A stretch of 64,000 bases of DNA from the NCBI GenBank assembly GCA_040954595.2, contig CM082586.2:337023-401022 (forward strand). Direction: 5' to 3'. Below are positions 1 through 13,363 of this stretch, in pieces. The DNA is from Balanoglossus misakiensis. Its lineage: Eukaryota; Animalia; Hemichordata. Numbering within the stretch: the first letter of the stretch is position 1; every line of letters begins with the position of its first letter. The position numbers were made by a program, and so were the translations under genes. The notes under the pieces are model-generated. The model was not told the DNA's origin and did not search any database. It was given only the letters and a program-made list of their open reading frames with translations.

Positions 1-706
1 GAATTCGGCCTCGATGCAACTGAACGTCCCTTTATCAAAAAAGTAACTTTACTTAATGACTTTGTGGTGTTATGTCGAACACAAGCCAATAGTTAATGGT
101 GTTAATGAAAGTTCTCACGGATAGACGCGCTTTCTTTTGTGTGAAACCAATATTTGCAAGTCAAATTTGGGTTCGCGTTTTAATCGATTATGTAAATTTT
201 TCCTTAACTCGATAAATACTAATCGCTTCCTTCATTTCAAGTTCCGCGTCAGACAATTTGTCAATATTGAGCGGTAAAACTTCAACTAAGTCACTAATTG
301 ATATTCATTGCTGGTTCCTTAATTAATTGATATCCATGTAGTTAAAATAATGATGGGGCGTTTTAGGGCTGATGTACGAACATCGCATGTCAAGTAGTAT
401 GTCTTATGGCCAATGCTAAATGTTCAATGTAATTTGTGAGACAATCGATGGAGCAGGTGGATTCATGATCCGGAATTCTTCACTTCCATCACGATCAGAT
501 AATCATTTAGGTTTATTTGCATTGCAGACCGTCACGATTGCTGGCAATAAAACGAATAAAATGTAGTTTGTCGATTGGCTTTGATGCCGCATCCGTGTGA
601 TTCCGGGCTTGTGGGACCAATGTGTCCTTGACCGCAAAATGCCTCTTCTTGCTCGAGTCTGTGTCGTCAATTTACGAGTTAAACATGTCTGGCTTTCACA
701 TTTTAC

Positions 707-3700
707 CTGTGCTGTATTCTTTGGTGCAATTCTTTGTCACCATTCCTGTGATACCAAACTGCGGCAACTTTAGTTCGTCGTCCTTCTGGATTGGTTTATC
801 AACGTTCCATTCAAACTTCAAATCTTTTGTTGTGTACCCATCTACATGAATAGAAACAAAGCGAAATCTGTCATTAAGTATAATAACGCCTTTGATTTTT
901 GAAAGCAAACGATTCTGACATGAGTGTAGCAAAGAGCAACGTCAACCTCTAAAACTGACAATGACTCTAGACTTCACCAATACCCTCTAAATTCCCGGAT
1001 GTACTTACAACTTTCCAATCTGATCCGACACACTTGACTGTCCATTGGAAAACTGTGCAAAGACATGTAGCACGACAACTTGAGGCTGTATCTGCCAACA
1101 CAATGATAAGAATACAGATTGTAACAAAGAACCAAACGACCGCCATATTATAACTGAAAATAATGTTTGAACAGAAATAATCAATAAATCCATTATCCGA
1201 ATCACACCTTGTACTGTATAGCAACTGTCCGTCCGGGTAGATTCTAACTATTTGGTTTTCAACAGTCACTGTGTGTAAATGACCGTCTTTCTCATTGGGA
1301 AAGAAGGCATCTGGTGTCCAAATACGATTGACTTCGTGCAAAAAGATTGGTTCGGTGTCATTATGACACAAACGGCCATCAGCCCAACGTTGACGCATGA
1401 AGATAGACACACCGTAGTCCTGGAATGCAAACAGATGCAACTATATAAATTCTACATATTACAATGTCTGTGGTTGACCGTACACTTTGTAACAGCTGTA
1501 TGTAAACCAAAAGTCTGGTGGAAGAGTTTGGTAGTTAATATTTCAAACTTGGTGGTACTCGTACTGTGTTTTTAATTATGAGTTAATGACTTAAATGGGA
1601 ATGTTGTATGCTCTGTACCCCCACGTAAATTGATGACTGATTTCTGCATGCAACTATTTAGGTCAGTCGAAAACGTATGTCTTGACTTGATATGATAGGT
1701 AGTGTTAGCTGATGGGAATCCATTTTATTTTTAAGCCTTAATGGCGAGGTAATGGCATGACATTCCAGGTAATATTTCCAGATACTGCAAAGCCATTTGT
1801 TCCACTTTAGTCACCAACACTGATAATTGACATGGCAACGAGAACACGTGACAACGTCACAACAAATTCTTAGACATGATTTACATTGTAAGAGTTACAT
1901 TATGCGGTTTTATTTTACTTCCGTTCCCTTTAGCGTTGTGAAAGAAGCGCTTCGTTTATAGAAAATAGGAAATGACCACAAGCACACAGTTGCGATGATG
2001 GCCGTCCTTAGAGGATGCCATCAATTTTCCGAAAATGGGAGCATGTCATTTCTGAAATATGATACCGCTGTGTACATGTAAAATGTACGTATAAAATTGG
2101 AGTAATATATCATATGGAATTCATTTTCAAAATGTTGGATGAGATTAAACAATGATTAGATCATCTTATGATTAGCCACAAAATGAAGGATGAAAAGCCT
2201 ACGACAAAACTCATACTCATTGGTTTTCTTCAATGAGTATAGCGATGCCATTTTAGCATCCTAAGTGAAGTTAAGCTTTTGTCTTAATGGAATTCCTGGA
2301 AGCCATCGATCACTTTTTAAGATAAGATGTTAAGATTGCAATAGAAAACAAATGTCAACTTTCTGCGTAAAGGACAGACGATGTAATTAAATCACGTTCC
2401 AAAAATATCAACTGTTTGGTTACATCTGAATGAAATGGCTATTTTTCCTTCGAAAATTGCACGAAAAATTGTAGTTTAAGAAAACCCGTACTGTTTCATG
2501 CTTGCCAAGTATACGTCAAGTGCATGTACCACCTGAATGCCAATTGCATTCAAATTAAACATCTTGAACTTGGGCCATTCGTTAATTGAGAGCGATGCGC
2601 AGGTGTTCTTAAATAATTTAGAATTAGAACGATTATAAGCAACCTCGCTGGGGGAAATAGTTGCAGATGGGATTCACTCACTATTGATTACTGATCTAAC
2701 GATGCAACATTTCCCTTCAGACAATTCACGGGTTTGCGTGTTTGTGTCTACTGTGAAACATTATCCATTCTAAGATCGGCAGACCATTTTAGCAACTTAC
2801 CATTGTTGCCTCAGTAATTGAATCAAAACTGTTGATGAAAATATCACATTTGACCTCTACAGGCGGGCCTGCAAGCAAAACAAAAGTCAAAATTATTGAA
2901 TTTGATTTGAACTTTCACCAATTGAATGGTCCCGGTAGAATTCGATTAATCTGAATGTTTTCCATGTTTGTGAGTGAAGTGACCTGACTTACCCTTTGCC
3001 ATGGGTCTGAAGCGTTTGTCATACCGGGATGGATTTAATAGATGGTTCAGTACATGAGACGTCTGCTCCCGTGTGGCATTATCGCTGGAGTTGTTTATTT
3101 GCCTGCAGTGAAAACAATCCAAGGAGAAATTTGGAGATAAATCGGATCTTGGCCCTAATATGCAGTCGAACCTGTCTATAGTGGCCAATCAGGTGACATT
3201 TATAGACAGGTCAATTAATGTGCATGTTAACTGAAAACAACAGGGCGCTTAAATAATCACCATTGAAGAAATGTTTATTAGGTTAACATGGACGTGTGCC
3301 TGTTATACTAATAGCCTGCAGTTGTGATTTATATAGCGGCGGACAGACAGGTGACAGACTTCTGTGACCTGAATGCCCTCCCTCGAACCGAGGCCAAAAT
3401 ATACAGGCAAATAAAAAAGCCATGATATAAGATTTCATAGCAAACCCAGACAGAAACTGTGAATTATTTAGGCTCCATTATGTAATGTCGGTGAGACCGA
3501 CTGCAAAGATAAAGACGTGCTATCTGTGACAAGTTACTAACACGTTTCAGCATTTTAATGTTTTCACCAGCTCAGGAACTATGAGAAAATACATCATAGG
3601 TTAAACATGCAAGTTTCAAACTTAGCCTGTACATTTTGTGCTGATACAGAAAGATTATGAGTTCGGAATATCAGTATGACATGATTAATCAAATTAATTG

Positions 3701-6182
3701 ATCACCAAAGCGCTCCACATGCATTTGTTAGGCATTGAATGCTATATGTGTTTGCGAGGGTTTTCTTTTGTATACCAGTACGCAGCTGTTGTTTTACCTT
3801 ACTTTTTTAAAATTTTAAACACTAAAAACCACGATCCAGATTTATACTGCAACAGTTTCTTTGTGCCTCTCGAAGCTTAAATCGATGATCGATAATCATT
3901 TAGAATGAAACTATTTCTCGCACTTGTGTCATCCTGCACATATAAATAAAATGATGTTAAATAAAATGCACATAAAGAAATTGCCAATTTAATTAAATTA
4001 TGTAACTTACAGTGGTAAAATTACCCGTACATTTAAAATCGATTAAATAACCAAACTAAATGTAAAGCGATTCCACGAATGTATTATCTGTTATTATGAA
4101 CAATGTGAAATGTTATATTAATGGCCAAATAGACTATCTAGTTACTAAAATAAAGGAATTTCAGTTGTTTATCACGCCAAAGTATATTCCACAGAAAGTT
4201 TGATTTGAAAACAGGAATCTTTTTCTTGGTTTGTGAGGGAATTACACAAGGTTGACGTACAGCAGACAGAGTTTTTAAATTTGTGACTTCTAAGTCGAGA
4301 CAACTTTGACATATTTTTCAGTTTGAGAGATTACAATCTCGCCAAACATGAAAACTATCTCTACATTTATCAGCAGTAGTGCACTCGGACTCACAACCGA
4401 CGTTACTGAGTCAACATGAAATGTTCAAACACGGCATTCTTTGGCTATCATGTCTGATGTTATCAAATATAATTATGAAATTTTACCTCTGAAAACGTTG
4501 GCAGTATGATTACGCAGAGGACCTTACATGGCCTCCTGGATGTGTGAATTGCAAATAACACCACACGACAAACCGCGCCGCATTACATTTGTTGCCATAG
4601 TTACCCATGGTTTCTACGAATATATTGTGTCCTGTTCAACGTGTTTTGCGCGGATATAACAATAAGCCGCATTTTGTCACGAGACATTCTATCTTTACAT
4701 CATAATCATCACATTTTAAAATAGATAATTATACTCATTGTTTTATTATTTAACATTGCCTGTTACATATAACATAGCACAACACAACATAGTATAAAAC
4801 ATTACATAACATTTAATGATATTTCATGTTTTGATGAGAAGCCCTAAAAGTTCAAGTGAACCTTGCCGAAGATTTCAAGTCGTCATCATTGACGACTTGT
4901 TTGTCAATTACGTCAAATTATAGGAGTGTGAAATGCAGAATGCACGTTAAATTCCGTATTGAATCGATCGCATAACTCAATAATGATTTGTATATGTCCA
5001 AACACAAGAGGCGATAAAACATTATCTGGGATAGCCTGCAGCCTCCACTTCTATGAATAGCTAATAGAGACTTCGACATTGCATGTAAAGGCATTTGACA
5101 ACTAGAACCACCGGACACATTCCATCAAATCAACCAAGCTGTGGCTTCAGATGCAACGAGGCTCAACTGAAGATTCGCCCTTCAGTATGTGTATATCATA
5201 TTACAATTCTCAGGTGTCATAGCGCAAGGGAGAAAGTGCCAGTAACTCCTACAAATCTTCCCGTCGTGCACTGATTAAGCTAAACGAATTGATTTAATCT
5301 CAGTGTGATAACGCCGCTAGTTTATGAGGCTGCTCGTTTTGATTAAACTGTGAAGGAACGACGACGCATGACAACGGTTGTCTAATGGCTGACCTCGTTG
5401 TCACGCAGAACTGGTTTCATGCAAAATATGTTCATTTGTACACGGCTGTTTACATACAGACCTTTTCACAAGGTCGGGCGTAACCTTTCCACCCACCAGA
5501 TGTCAACACCTTTGAATTCATTCACTTTCACTGTCCTATATACGGTAGCAATATCAATGTTATTATGTTTAAGTGCGTACAATATACCTTCATAGTAAAT
5601 TGAAGTAAGCATATGGGTTTACATACTCTGTCGACAAACTGACGCAGGAAAACACCTTTGCCCGAACTCAAGCACGCATATTTTCCGATATGTCTAATGT
5701 ACTGATCAGTCAATGTTATTCTCTTTTGTCCGTACATTTTCACGGTCCAACAGAAGAGGCTTATTTGTGTGTTAAATGGGGTATAAATAGTGAGAGTTAA
5801 AGGCTGTAGACGAGAATGACGATTCATTCAGCATTACAGATATGTTTATCTGGACAATACTTTGTTGATGAGCTTTGAGAAGTCAAAGTATAGGTAAAGA
5901 TTTGACACATTGCCAGTCAGTGTCAATGTCTTCCATAGGTGAAAACTCTGCGATACTATGTTATACTTGAGAATAATTAAATTAAGTTAAATTACACCAA
6001 AGTTTATTAAATCGAAGTGAAACTCTATCGGCATGCGAGAATGGCTTATAAGTTCTAACAAGCACTTACCCATTCGTTGGTGTTATATGTAAAATTACCA
6101 CTGAAAACGCCGCCGTACAAATCAAACCTACAGCCAGCATCGAAGACATTGTTGGACACTGGCTGACTATCGCCGACAACAT
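707..6182 (-). CDS. Cys-loop ligand-gated anion channel, glycine receptor alpha-like subunit; 5' part only (signal peptide and extracellular domain), TM exons lie left of the window
   Basis: Hand-spliced GT-AG exons with consistent phases: 6182-6070 (MLSAIVSQ...VVILHITPTNG, signal-peptide-like), 3102-2993 (...LLNPSRYDKRFRPMAK), 2868-2801 (GPPVEVKCDIFINSFDSITEATM), 1419-1208 (DYGVSIFMRQRWAD...WTPDAFFPNEK...LLYSTR), 1091-1009 (Cys-loop CYMSLHSFPMDSQVC, C-x13-C), 841-707 (YGYTTKDLKFEW...LPQF...NCTKEYSTG). The motifs closely follow GlyR alpha ([33 protein letters not shown]). Exon 1 assignment is the least certain. Confidence 0.88.
3161..3211. mobile_element. Possible remnant of a short non-autonomous DNA transposon (Tc1/mariner-pogo-like end) in intron 1 of the Cys-loop gene
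   Basis: CAGTCGAACCTGTCTATA start, plus an 11-bp perfect inverted repeat ACCTGTCTATA (3170-3180) / TATAGACAGGT (3201-3211). The other end is not clearly identifiable. Confidence 0.3.
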
Positions 6183-8579
6183 AGATTTAGACGTAAGACG
6201 AGTAGCCCTCAAACATGGCGGTGTGTTTTAAACCGTATGTGCCCACACCCGTTTCTGGTAGCTAGTATTGTTGAACTACCTCGGCAGCGTTGCAGACCTC
6301 ACAGATTCGCCTGGATTTCTGAATATTTCACGATCACAGTAACACTATTAACCGTGCGAATAGACCATTTCATTGCTAGATATAGGTATGCATCACTTTG
6401 AGTCGAAAGTGAACTCCCTAGCCACGTGCAAACATTCAATGAAGCCACGTAACATAACAGAAATACTGGCCATGACTTGATGTTATGTATGCAAGTCAGG
6501 TTTTAACACTAATTGACCCACCTGTACAACTACGGAGAGGGGATATCTATCATATCAGAGTCTCACATTAGTAGGCAAATTTCAATTATCAAATTTCTCC
6601 CCAATTTAATCATCCGTTTCGCTCCTAGAGTTCGATCAGCTTCGATGTGTGACCGTTACACGGGCGAATACACATCGCGTCTCCACAGCTAATTTGCCCG
6701 AAGCCTATGATAGCCGATATTCTCATGGGAAAGTTATAGATTAAATGCATATCTTTGTTTTACGAGAGAATTTTGAATCACAATTCCGCTGGGATGATAA
6801 CAAATGTCTCCACGTCTCCGGCTCAAATTATATCATCAAATAAAACTTAAAATCAAAAGAAAAATCTATCTAAGAAATGGAATGGAATGCAGGACATGAA
6901 AATAGACAATCATTCGAATGCACCTGTCTCTAGCCTCGTCAAATTCTCACAATTCACGAACTGCAAACAGCTGAAGTTGTGTAAATGTGAGGATTGATTG
7001 AAAACAAGTTGAGGGTCTGACACAGAAGGAATTTAGTGGAGCGAAGTATAGTATTTTTAGGCAGTGTACAGTAGCTTTTGGTCTATTATAATAACGAAGA
7101 CTGTAACGTCAGTCGGCAAAACATCTGGCGTAATGTTTTCTGTGGACAACCAATCAAATAAACCAAAGAAATCAGGTCATTGATTGTATATGATGGACGA
7201 CCGGAAGCTGTAAATGCATATTCTAAATAATCTTTAATATCGAAAGCAATAACGTACTATTTATATAAGAATAATCATATTCCTTATTCCACTACCCGTG
7301 ATTGATGGAGATTTCTAATGAATAAAACGGAATTAGGACCTACGTGCTAAATGAACTCTAGACAGAAAAACGAAGTGCAGTCTCCATGTAGTCTCCCTCG
7401 TGATAACGACCACAATGCAACGCTCATCTGATTTCATTAATGGTAAATCATTTCAATACACTCTGACCTAACCAAGCTGCGACAGACCACTTTATTAAGA
7501 CTAACCATGACATAGAGAAACCCTTGCCCTTGATTCGATTTCTAGAGAATGTTTCCTGCATCAACTTTAATTAAAATCATGCGATATAACCATACCATTA
7601 AATAAATCGAAAACGTTCAGTTCTCTAATTTGCTTTTCTAGTAAATCAAGCAGAGAAAGAGGAAGCGCGTTGGTTTGCCTATACTCGCCAAATGAAACCC
7701 TAATTTCTTTGAAAATCCCTACATTCAGGTAGCTATAATATGGCGGACAATAGTTAATGTTTTGACTCCGGGACGAGTCTTATGTGCGCGAAAGTTCCAT
7801 TTGTATGTAAACCATTCTGGCCGCATATTGATTCTGCTGTCACGTGATTCATTCAATTCTCATCACTCAGACATGTGCCACTTGTGATTGCAGACACTGT
7901 TACAGCCAGATTTTCCGATAGCCAGACTCACGCTTCCCTCACGAAAGAGACGTGATCTTATAAATAAAGGTCGATTCTATACCTGATCCATTAAAAGACG
8001 AGTTTCATACATAGATGGTTAGATTCATGATTTATCATGGTCTGGCTCAAATCTGACAACATCGGAATGTGCCACAAATATCCCTCGACGCTGGTACATA
8101 GCAATTACATTGTGTGGTTGAAATATATATTTATAACGCCAGAGACAGTTAAAGCAAAAACAAGCTCGGGGTTGGTAAGATCTACACAAATGTGCCTTTG
8201 AAATTACTTCCAAAAAAAATACGTTCAAATAAAACGAATAGTTGATAAGGTAACACATCATGTACAAAAACAAATATAAAATAAATATATATCCAATATG
8301 GTTTTTATCCGAACAAAATGAGGAATTATTTCCGGATGAAAAAATCATAAGGAATGGCAGTTGACTCGACAAACTTTCATTTTCGCCGTAAGCCTATCAA
8401 ATAAAAGCCAAGAAAAATCTAGAAACCTAGTAATATTCCACAGTACCATATAGTCATTTGAAAGCTAAATGGAGAAAGCATGCCACGAATAACATTTGAA
8501 ATCCATGCTGGTAATAATAGTCTTGAACGCCCTCAATGTGGACGAACTGTGGTTTAGGCTCCTTGAGGCCGCTACCTTC

Positions 8580-10489
8580 TCAGGCGTGTGACTCTACAGC
8601 ATTCAACGGGATTGTTACCATTGTCGACTGCTGAGTTCCTTTCTTGGTCGGAATGTAGAAGACGCCGTCAGATTGGTTTGATCTTCTTGCAACGTTTAGA
8701 ACCCTACCATCGACGGACACGGCTGGGATCATGTAGATCTGGAATAGGATCCGAGATAGAAAAAATTCAATATTACCCTATGTTGGCGGCGCACATGTGA
8801 TGGATGCGTGCTCTTTGAGCTTTCTGAACGATTCTAAAATTGGATTGTGGTTTCACCGCAAGCCCTTTAAGCAGTGCAAAATAACTAAACAATGTTATCG
8901 TTGTTGTTGTTTCATATGCGATTCAATAATATTTCCTTTGGTGTATATCTTTCTTACCGGGGCTCGCTGTGGTTGTCTGGGTAACAGGGGTTGTTGAAGT
9001 GCCTTGGCACAAGTCGAGGTTGACGCAATTGCCACAAAAAACTCGATGGTCGCGAGGCAGGCGATGATACCGTCAACAGCCTTACGTGATTGGATACTAG
9101 ATGGTGTAACTCCATAATCGTCCTGTGCAAAAAAGTAAAACAATTGTCATGCGCACTGCAATGTTTTTGTGCAGCACAAACTCTTTACCACGGGATCGTA
9201 ATTTATCTCTCTGATATCATCAAGTTTCTTAGATAGGCATGTTCATGCATAGCCGTGGTTCTTACCGAAAAATCGGCAATGACGTCACTTCTTACCTCAT
9301 CTCCATACGCGGGTAAGTTTTCCTCTGTAAAGAAACTATACACTCCGTGAACTGTGAGAATTAATGCGCCGGCGATGGCAATGGCTGACGTCACCAAAAA
9401 TCCAATCACCTGGGGGAAGTAGTATGAGAGGAACAGTTATTCAAAAGTATTAAAATTCCTGGTACCGAACAGAATTGTGGACTCTGATGTTGTGTATGTA
9501 ATAAGGATACTCAATATTGGAGACTTACAATGCACTGATCCTTCTTTTTGGAGGCAACGATTCCTGAAACTCCTGTCGCCATGAACTGAAATAAATAACA
9601 AAAGAGTGATAAGAACACAGTTGCTTTATCTTGTGGCGAATGTCTGATATAGCTGTCATGTTTCGAAAGGAAGCATGACGTCATCCTATGCGTTAGCCCA
9701 CGTGACCAAACTGTCAGACAGACCAACGACCTGATCGAGTTTTTTCCAGTTTTTCTGTTCAAACGATTTCTTCAACATCGATTTTTCTGGGACACGGCTT
9801 GGTGATACATCGATAATGTAGCCGACGTTAGGTTTAGTTGGAAAAAAGATTTTCCAAAAACACCCTGACTCCGTAAAAGGGTACTTGATAAACTGCCACT
9901 TGTTGCTGTGTACCGTTTCAAGAATCCTATCACAAGAAAAAACACGAGACCTTTCCTCTGTTGCAGAGCTTGTCCAATCAGACATATTAAATGTTTTATG
10001 TATTCTATAGAAATTTTAACTAAAGCTAAAATGATCGTTTTTGCATCATTAACACACAGTTTTATCATGGACACAATTTTCAGGTATCAGTGGTTTTAGT
10101 TAGAAGCACTTTGAAAATGAAAGAGACAGAGAATAGCGAGAGAGATAGTCAGACAGACTTGACACTGGCAGGCAGACAGGCAGAGACAGAGAGAGAGACA
10201 GAGCGTGATAGAAACTAAGCGGACTTACAAAGGCGCCACACCAAGCAGGTGTACCCAGGAAGAACAACTGGCAACCAAGAAACATGGACACTACGGCAAG
10301 TCCGAGAAAACAGGTGCCCAGTAGAATATGAGCAATGGCAAGTCCGAGTGTCCAAGATTCGTTGACATTGACCACAAATAACCGTCTTTGTTGCTTTGGA
10401 GCCATCGGTTGCAGTTGTAGTCCATGTTGTTGTTCGTCCTCTTCGAGAGGCGTTATTAACGGTGCGTCATCTGAGATACGAACGGCCAT
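8580..10489 (-). CDS. MS4A/CD20-like four-transmembrane protein, ~251 aa
   Basis: Five exons with all introns phase 0 GT-AG: 10489-10229, 9585-9529, 9409-9296, 9122-8958, 8738-8580 (TGA). There are four hydrophobic segments, including LGLAIAHILLG...LGTPAWCGAFFMATGVSGIVASKK and IACLATIEFFVAIASTSTC, matching the CD20-family G.P.WGG.FF..SG.L and EF.IA..S..C patterns. Confidence 0.8.
10120..10203. repeat. Degenerate (GA/GACA)n purine-rich microsatellite in intron 1 of the MS4A-like gene
   Basis: aagagacagagaatagcgagagagatagtcagacagac...cagagacagagagagagacagag seen directly. Confidence 0.6.
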
Positions 10490-11018
10490 TTTGAATTTCA
10501 CTCCAACGTAGAACTTTGGTCGTGAATTATGTTTTCAACAGGTAACTGGAAGCCTTGAGATCCTCCGTCAAAAATTCTAGCCTACAGGATGAGTTCAGAC
10601 GTTGTTTGTGTCGATCATAAATGATCAAATTGAGGCTGGACTGAGGCTTATAAGCCTACGTAATCGCAATACTTATGTCCAAATATGGGAGAGAGAAATA
10701 ATAGATAACTGTTGGGGTTGGGTTGTTTAGTTAATAATCAACCAATATTTATAACTCAATAACTCTAGTAACCTTGACGTGAATTGAACTCGTGGCTTTC
10801 GTCGAGGCCTTTCTGAATCAATAAAATAATCACTACTGATTTTATCTCTTGTTAAGCTCTATAAAAAAACTAATCAAAACTCCTAATAAAGTGTGCAAAG
10901 GAAAACCACAGTGTTACAAGATACATCAATGATTTTCTAGTAATATTTGACACCGAACGCAAAAACTGTCTGGTCTTCACTTACTGGAGTTGAGAGCCAC
11001 AAACAAGCAAACAGCAAG
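10490..11018. promoter_or_regulatory. Probable bidirectional promoter between the MS4A-like gene and CCDC43
   Basis: The divergent start codons are only ~530 bp apart. YY1-type (A/C)AA(G/A)ATGGC motifs overlap both ATGs. Confidence 0.55.
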
Positions 11019-12671
11019 ATGGCGGCTGCCGTCGATGGGAACAGCTCGTTCGACGTCTGGCTTTCAGAAAAGTTATCGCAATTAAATATCGACCAGGAAG
11101 TCTTTGGATCTTACATAACGGGTATTTTGGAGACAGATGATTCGAGTTACGAAGATAAAACAGAAGATCTGATCGGCTTTTTCTCTGAAATAACGGTAAA
11201 GTTGGTGACTGCGTGGTCCGCCACATGTCCATTGATTTGCGTTTGTCAACATCGCGAACATGTTTCGCGAGTTTCGCTGGGCTACAGATTGTAGTCTAAA
11301 ACATATATTCCCTGCATCAATTTCTACGCCTCTCCGTGTTACCATCAAGTTACCCTGTCTGTCCGCGAAGTATTGTTGTAATGTGCCGTGAATCTAAGGT
11401 AGTATCTATCGATGCATTGAATGATGATGAGGATGTATGATGATAATGGGTCTTCAGTAAAGTTCAAAGGTCAATCGACCGAACCTTTTTCGTCGGTGTA
11501 TTCGTATTCTTATTTGTCCATATATTTCTATTTTCAGGAAGATGGGGTGGAAGACACTTGTCAGGAAATCATATCAAAATGGGCTGAAACTCAAAAAGAG
11601 AAAATCCAAGAAGCCGAAAGAATGAAAGCAGAAGGTAGAGTTTGTGCTCTGTCTGTTGATAATCAGAATGGTTGCAGGAGATGATTTTTCCTTTTGAATA
11701 TTGATGCACTGGTGCTATATATGTTCATGATCAGCACTTTTAGTTTTGCACACTATAATGAAAACTGTCTGCTTCACTCGATACACACCAGATAATGTAG
11801 TTTGTGTACAATTCATCTGATTTCACTACGACTACAATTGACTTCCAGAGAAAGCAGCAAATGACCAGGCAGTGGCAGACCTGATGGAGAAACATGCAGC
11901 AAGTGTTGTGAAGAAAGAAATGACAGATGAAGAAAAGAAAAGAAAGGCAGCACTACTCAGGCAGTATGGAGATGTTTCAGATGAAGAGAATGAATATCCT
12001 TACATTATGAAGGTTTTACAATGGATGAATCAAAGAGTTTGCTTTGAAAAGTATTTGCTTATAAAAATTAATTCATAACAACATGCTGATTTTTCAGAAT
12101 ATATAATATGCGTGATACTTTGTAGCAAAACATTTTTGATGGAACTATGTTTTGTCATTTCTATTGTTGCTGTTCCTTAACATGATCTCACTGATGGATA
12201 TTTAGATAATGGAGATGCAGCCGTTTCCAGCACAGATAATTGTATCCTTTATGTCATGCTACTAGTATTGTAAATTAGTATCAGTGTAAATAGAGTTTGG
12301 TACTGAATCTGGACCAGATGTACACCACAGACAAAAGCTGTCATGGCAGGATGAATCCAAATCGATCTTGTATACTACTATACGTGATACCAAACTGTTG
12401 GGAATTTACCAAATTGTACAACTGAATTTTCACCTCAGTGTCAAATTATTCATGACTATTCCCTGACCAAGAATCTGCAGTCTCTGCCTTCAAGAACACC
12501 AATGTACAAGATGTAATGAGTAAAGAAAAGGCAAAGCGAGATAAATCCAAACAAGATTCTGAAAAGAAGAAGGAGAGAGACAAATTACAACGAGAAAAAG
12601 ACAAACAGAAAGCGTTGGACAGAAAAGAGAAGGAGAAGAAACGGACACAGAAACAAGAAAGAAGAAGATAG
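11019..12671 (+). CDS. CCDC43: Coiled-coil domain-containing protein 43, ~219 aa
   Basis: Exons 11019-11195, 11538-11634, 11849-11993, 12192-12241, 12481-12671 sum to 660 nt in frame. N-terminal PWI-like region ([27 protein letters not shown]...CQEIISKW), [17 protein letters not shown] and C-terminal [18 protein letters not shown]...[16 protein letters not shown] match the CCDC43 family as I recall it. Confidence 0.92.
11994..12191 (+). other. U12-type (minor spliceosome) AT-AC intron, CCDC43 intron 3
   Basis: 5' site ATATCCTT at 11994, branch site TTCCTTAAC at 12173-12181, AC at 12190-12191. Splicing here keeps the frame (GA|T = Asp). Confidence 0.92.
12242..12480 (+). other. U12-type GT-AG intron, CCDC43 intron 4
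   Basis: 5' site GTATCCTTT at 12242, branch-like TTCCCTGAC at 12459-12467, CAG at 12478-12480, no polypyrimidine tract. Frame is preserved into the conserved FKNTN motif. Confidence 0.88.
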
Positions 12672-13357
12672 CATGGCATCTCAGGTTTATTAGAAAAGAA
12701 GGGAGCTAGGAGAGACTGGTGATACCGGTAGGTCCAAATTTCTGAGGGACATTTTTGCAATGAACAGAAACTTATTTATTTTTCTACAGAAAGCAACAAG
12801 TTCTGGAATTGAAATTAAAGAAACTCATGAAATATTAGCTTGTCATATGGGGGGAACATTCTCCATAAATCATCCAGAACTCTTCGTTCAATTGTTCTGA
12901 CTCAACTTTGTGAAAGCAAAGTGAAAGGTTTTTGGAAAAGGAAGTTTATACCTGAAGATGTCACAGTCAATACAACGTATCCATGTAGTTTCTTAGTGTG
13001 TGGTTGGACCCATGTAGATGATGATGAGGGAGAAGGCGCACTAAAATCTAAATTGCTTTCTTGGTTTTAATTTCAAAATATATCTAACATGCCTGTTTTC
13101 CTTGTGTTATGTTTTCATTTCATCATGCAGTGCTCTTTTTACGCCAGAGTATAGAATTCCTTCCATTTATCCCTTTTGTATTAGTTTTGAATTATGCTAT
13201 GCCATTTCTAGTTAAATAATGTAAATATATCAAATAGTTATGTTATTCTATGTAAATTAGTTGAAATTCCGATCTTTCTGTCATGACATTCTGGTAAACA
13301 TAGTGTGTGCAGAATGGCTGATGCACTAATGACAAAATCATGTGGCTGATTTGATAA

Positions 13358-13363
13358 AATAAA
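13358..13363 (+). terminator. Candidate polyadenylation signal for CCDC43
   Basis: AATAAA followed by T/GT-rich sequence ~690 bp after the stop and before the ELP6 upstream region. Confidence 0.4.

Noticed and set aside
514-706. Alternative terminal exon giving a secreted, AChBP-like form of the Cys-loop gene (open frame DSSKKRHF...LQCK* after a CAG near 660, minus strand)
   Set aside because: It would need a ~48-nt intron with no pyrimidine tract, and the peptide has no family similarity. The TM exons more plausibly lie left of the window.
3698-8372. Short ORFs in the Cys-loop intron 1 and intergenic region (3698, 4918, 5398, 5528, 8025)
   Set aside because: No recognisable motifs, AT-rich composition, mostly non-ATG starts, no splice-consistent partners.
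12446-12760. Minus-strand 104-aa hydrophobic ORF and similar antisense ORFs over real exons (e.g. 20565-20777, 22194-22460)
   Set aside because: These are antisense shadows of purine-rich or otherwise biased coding exons.
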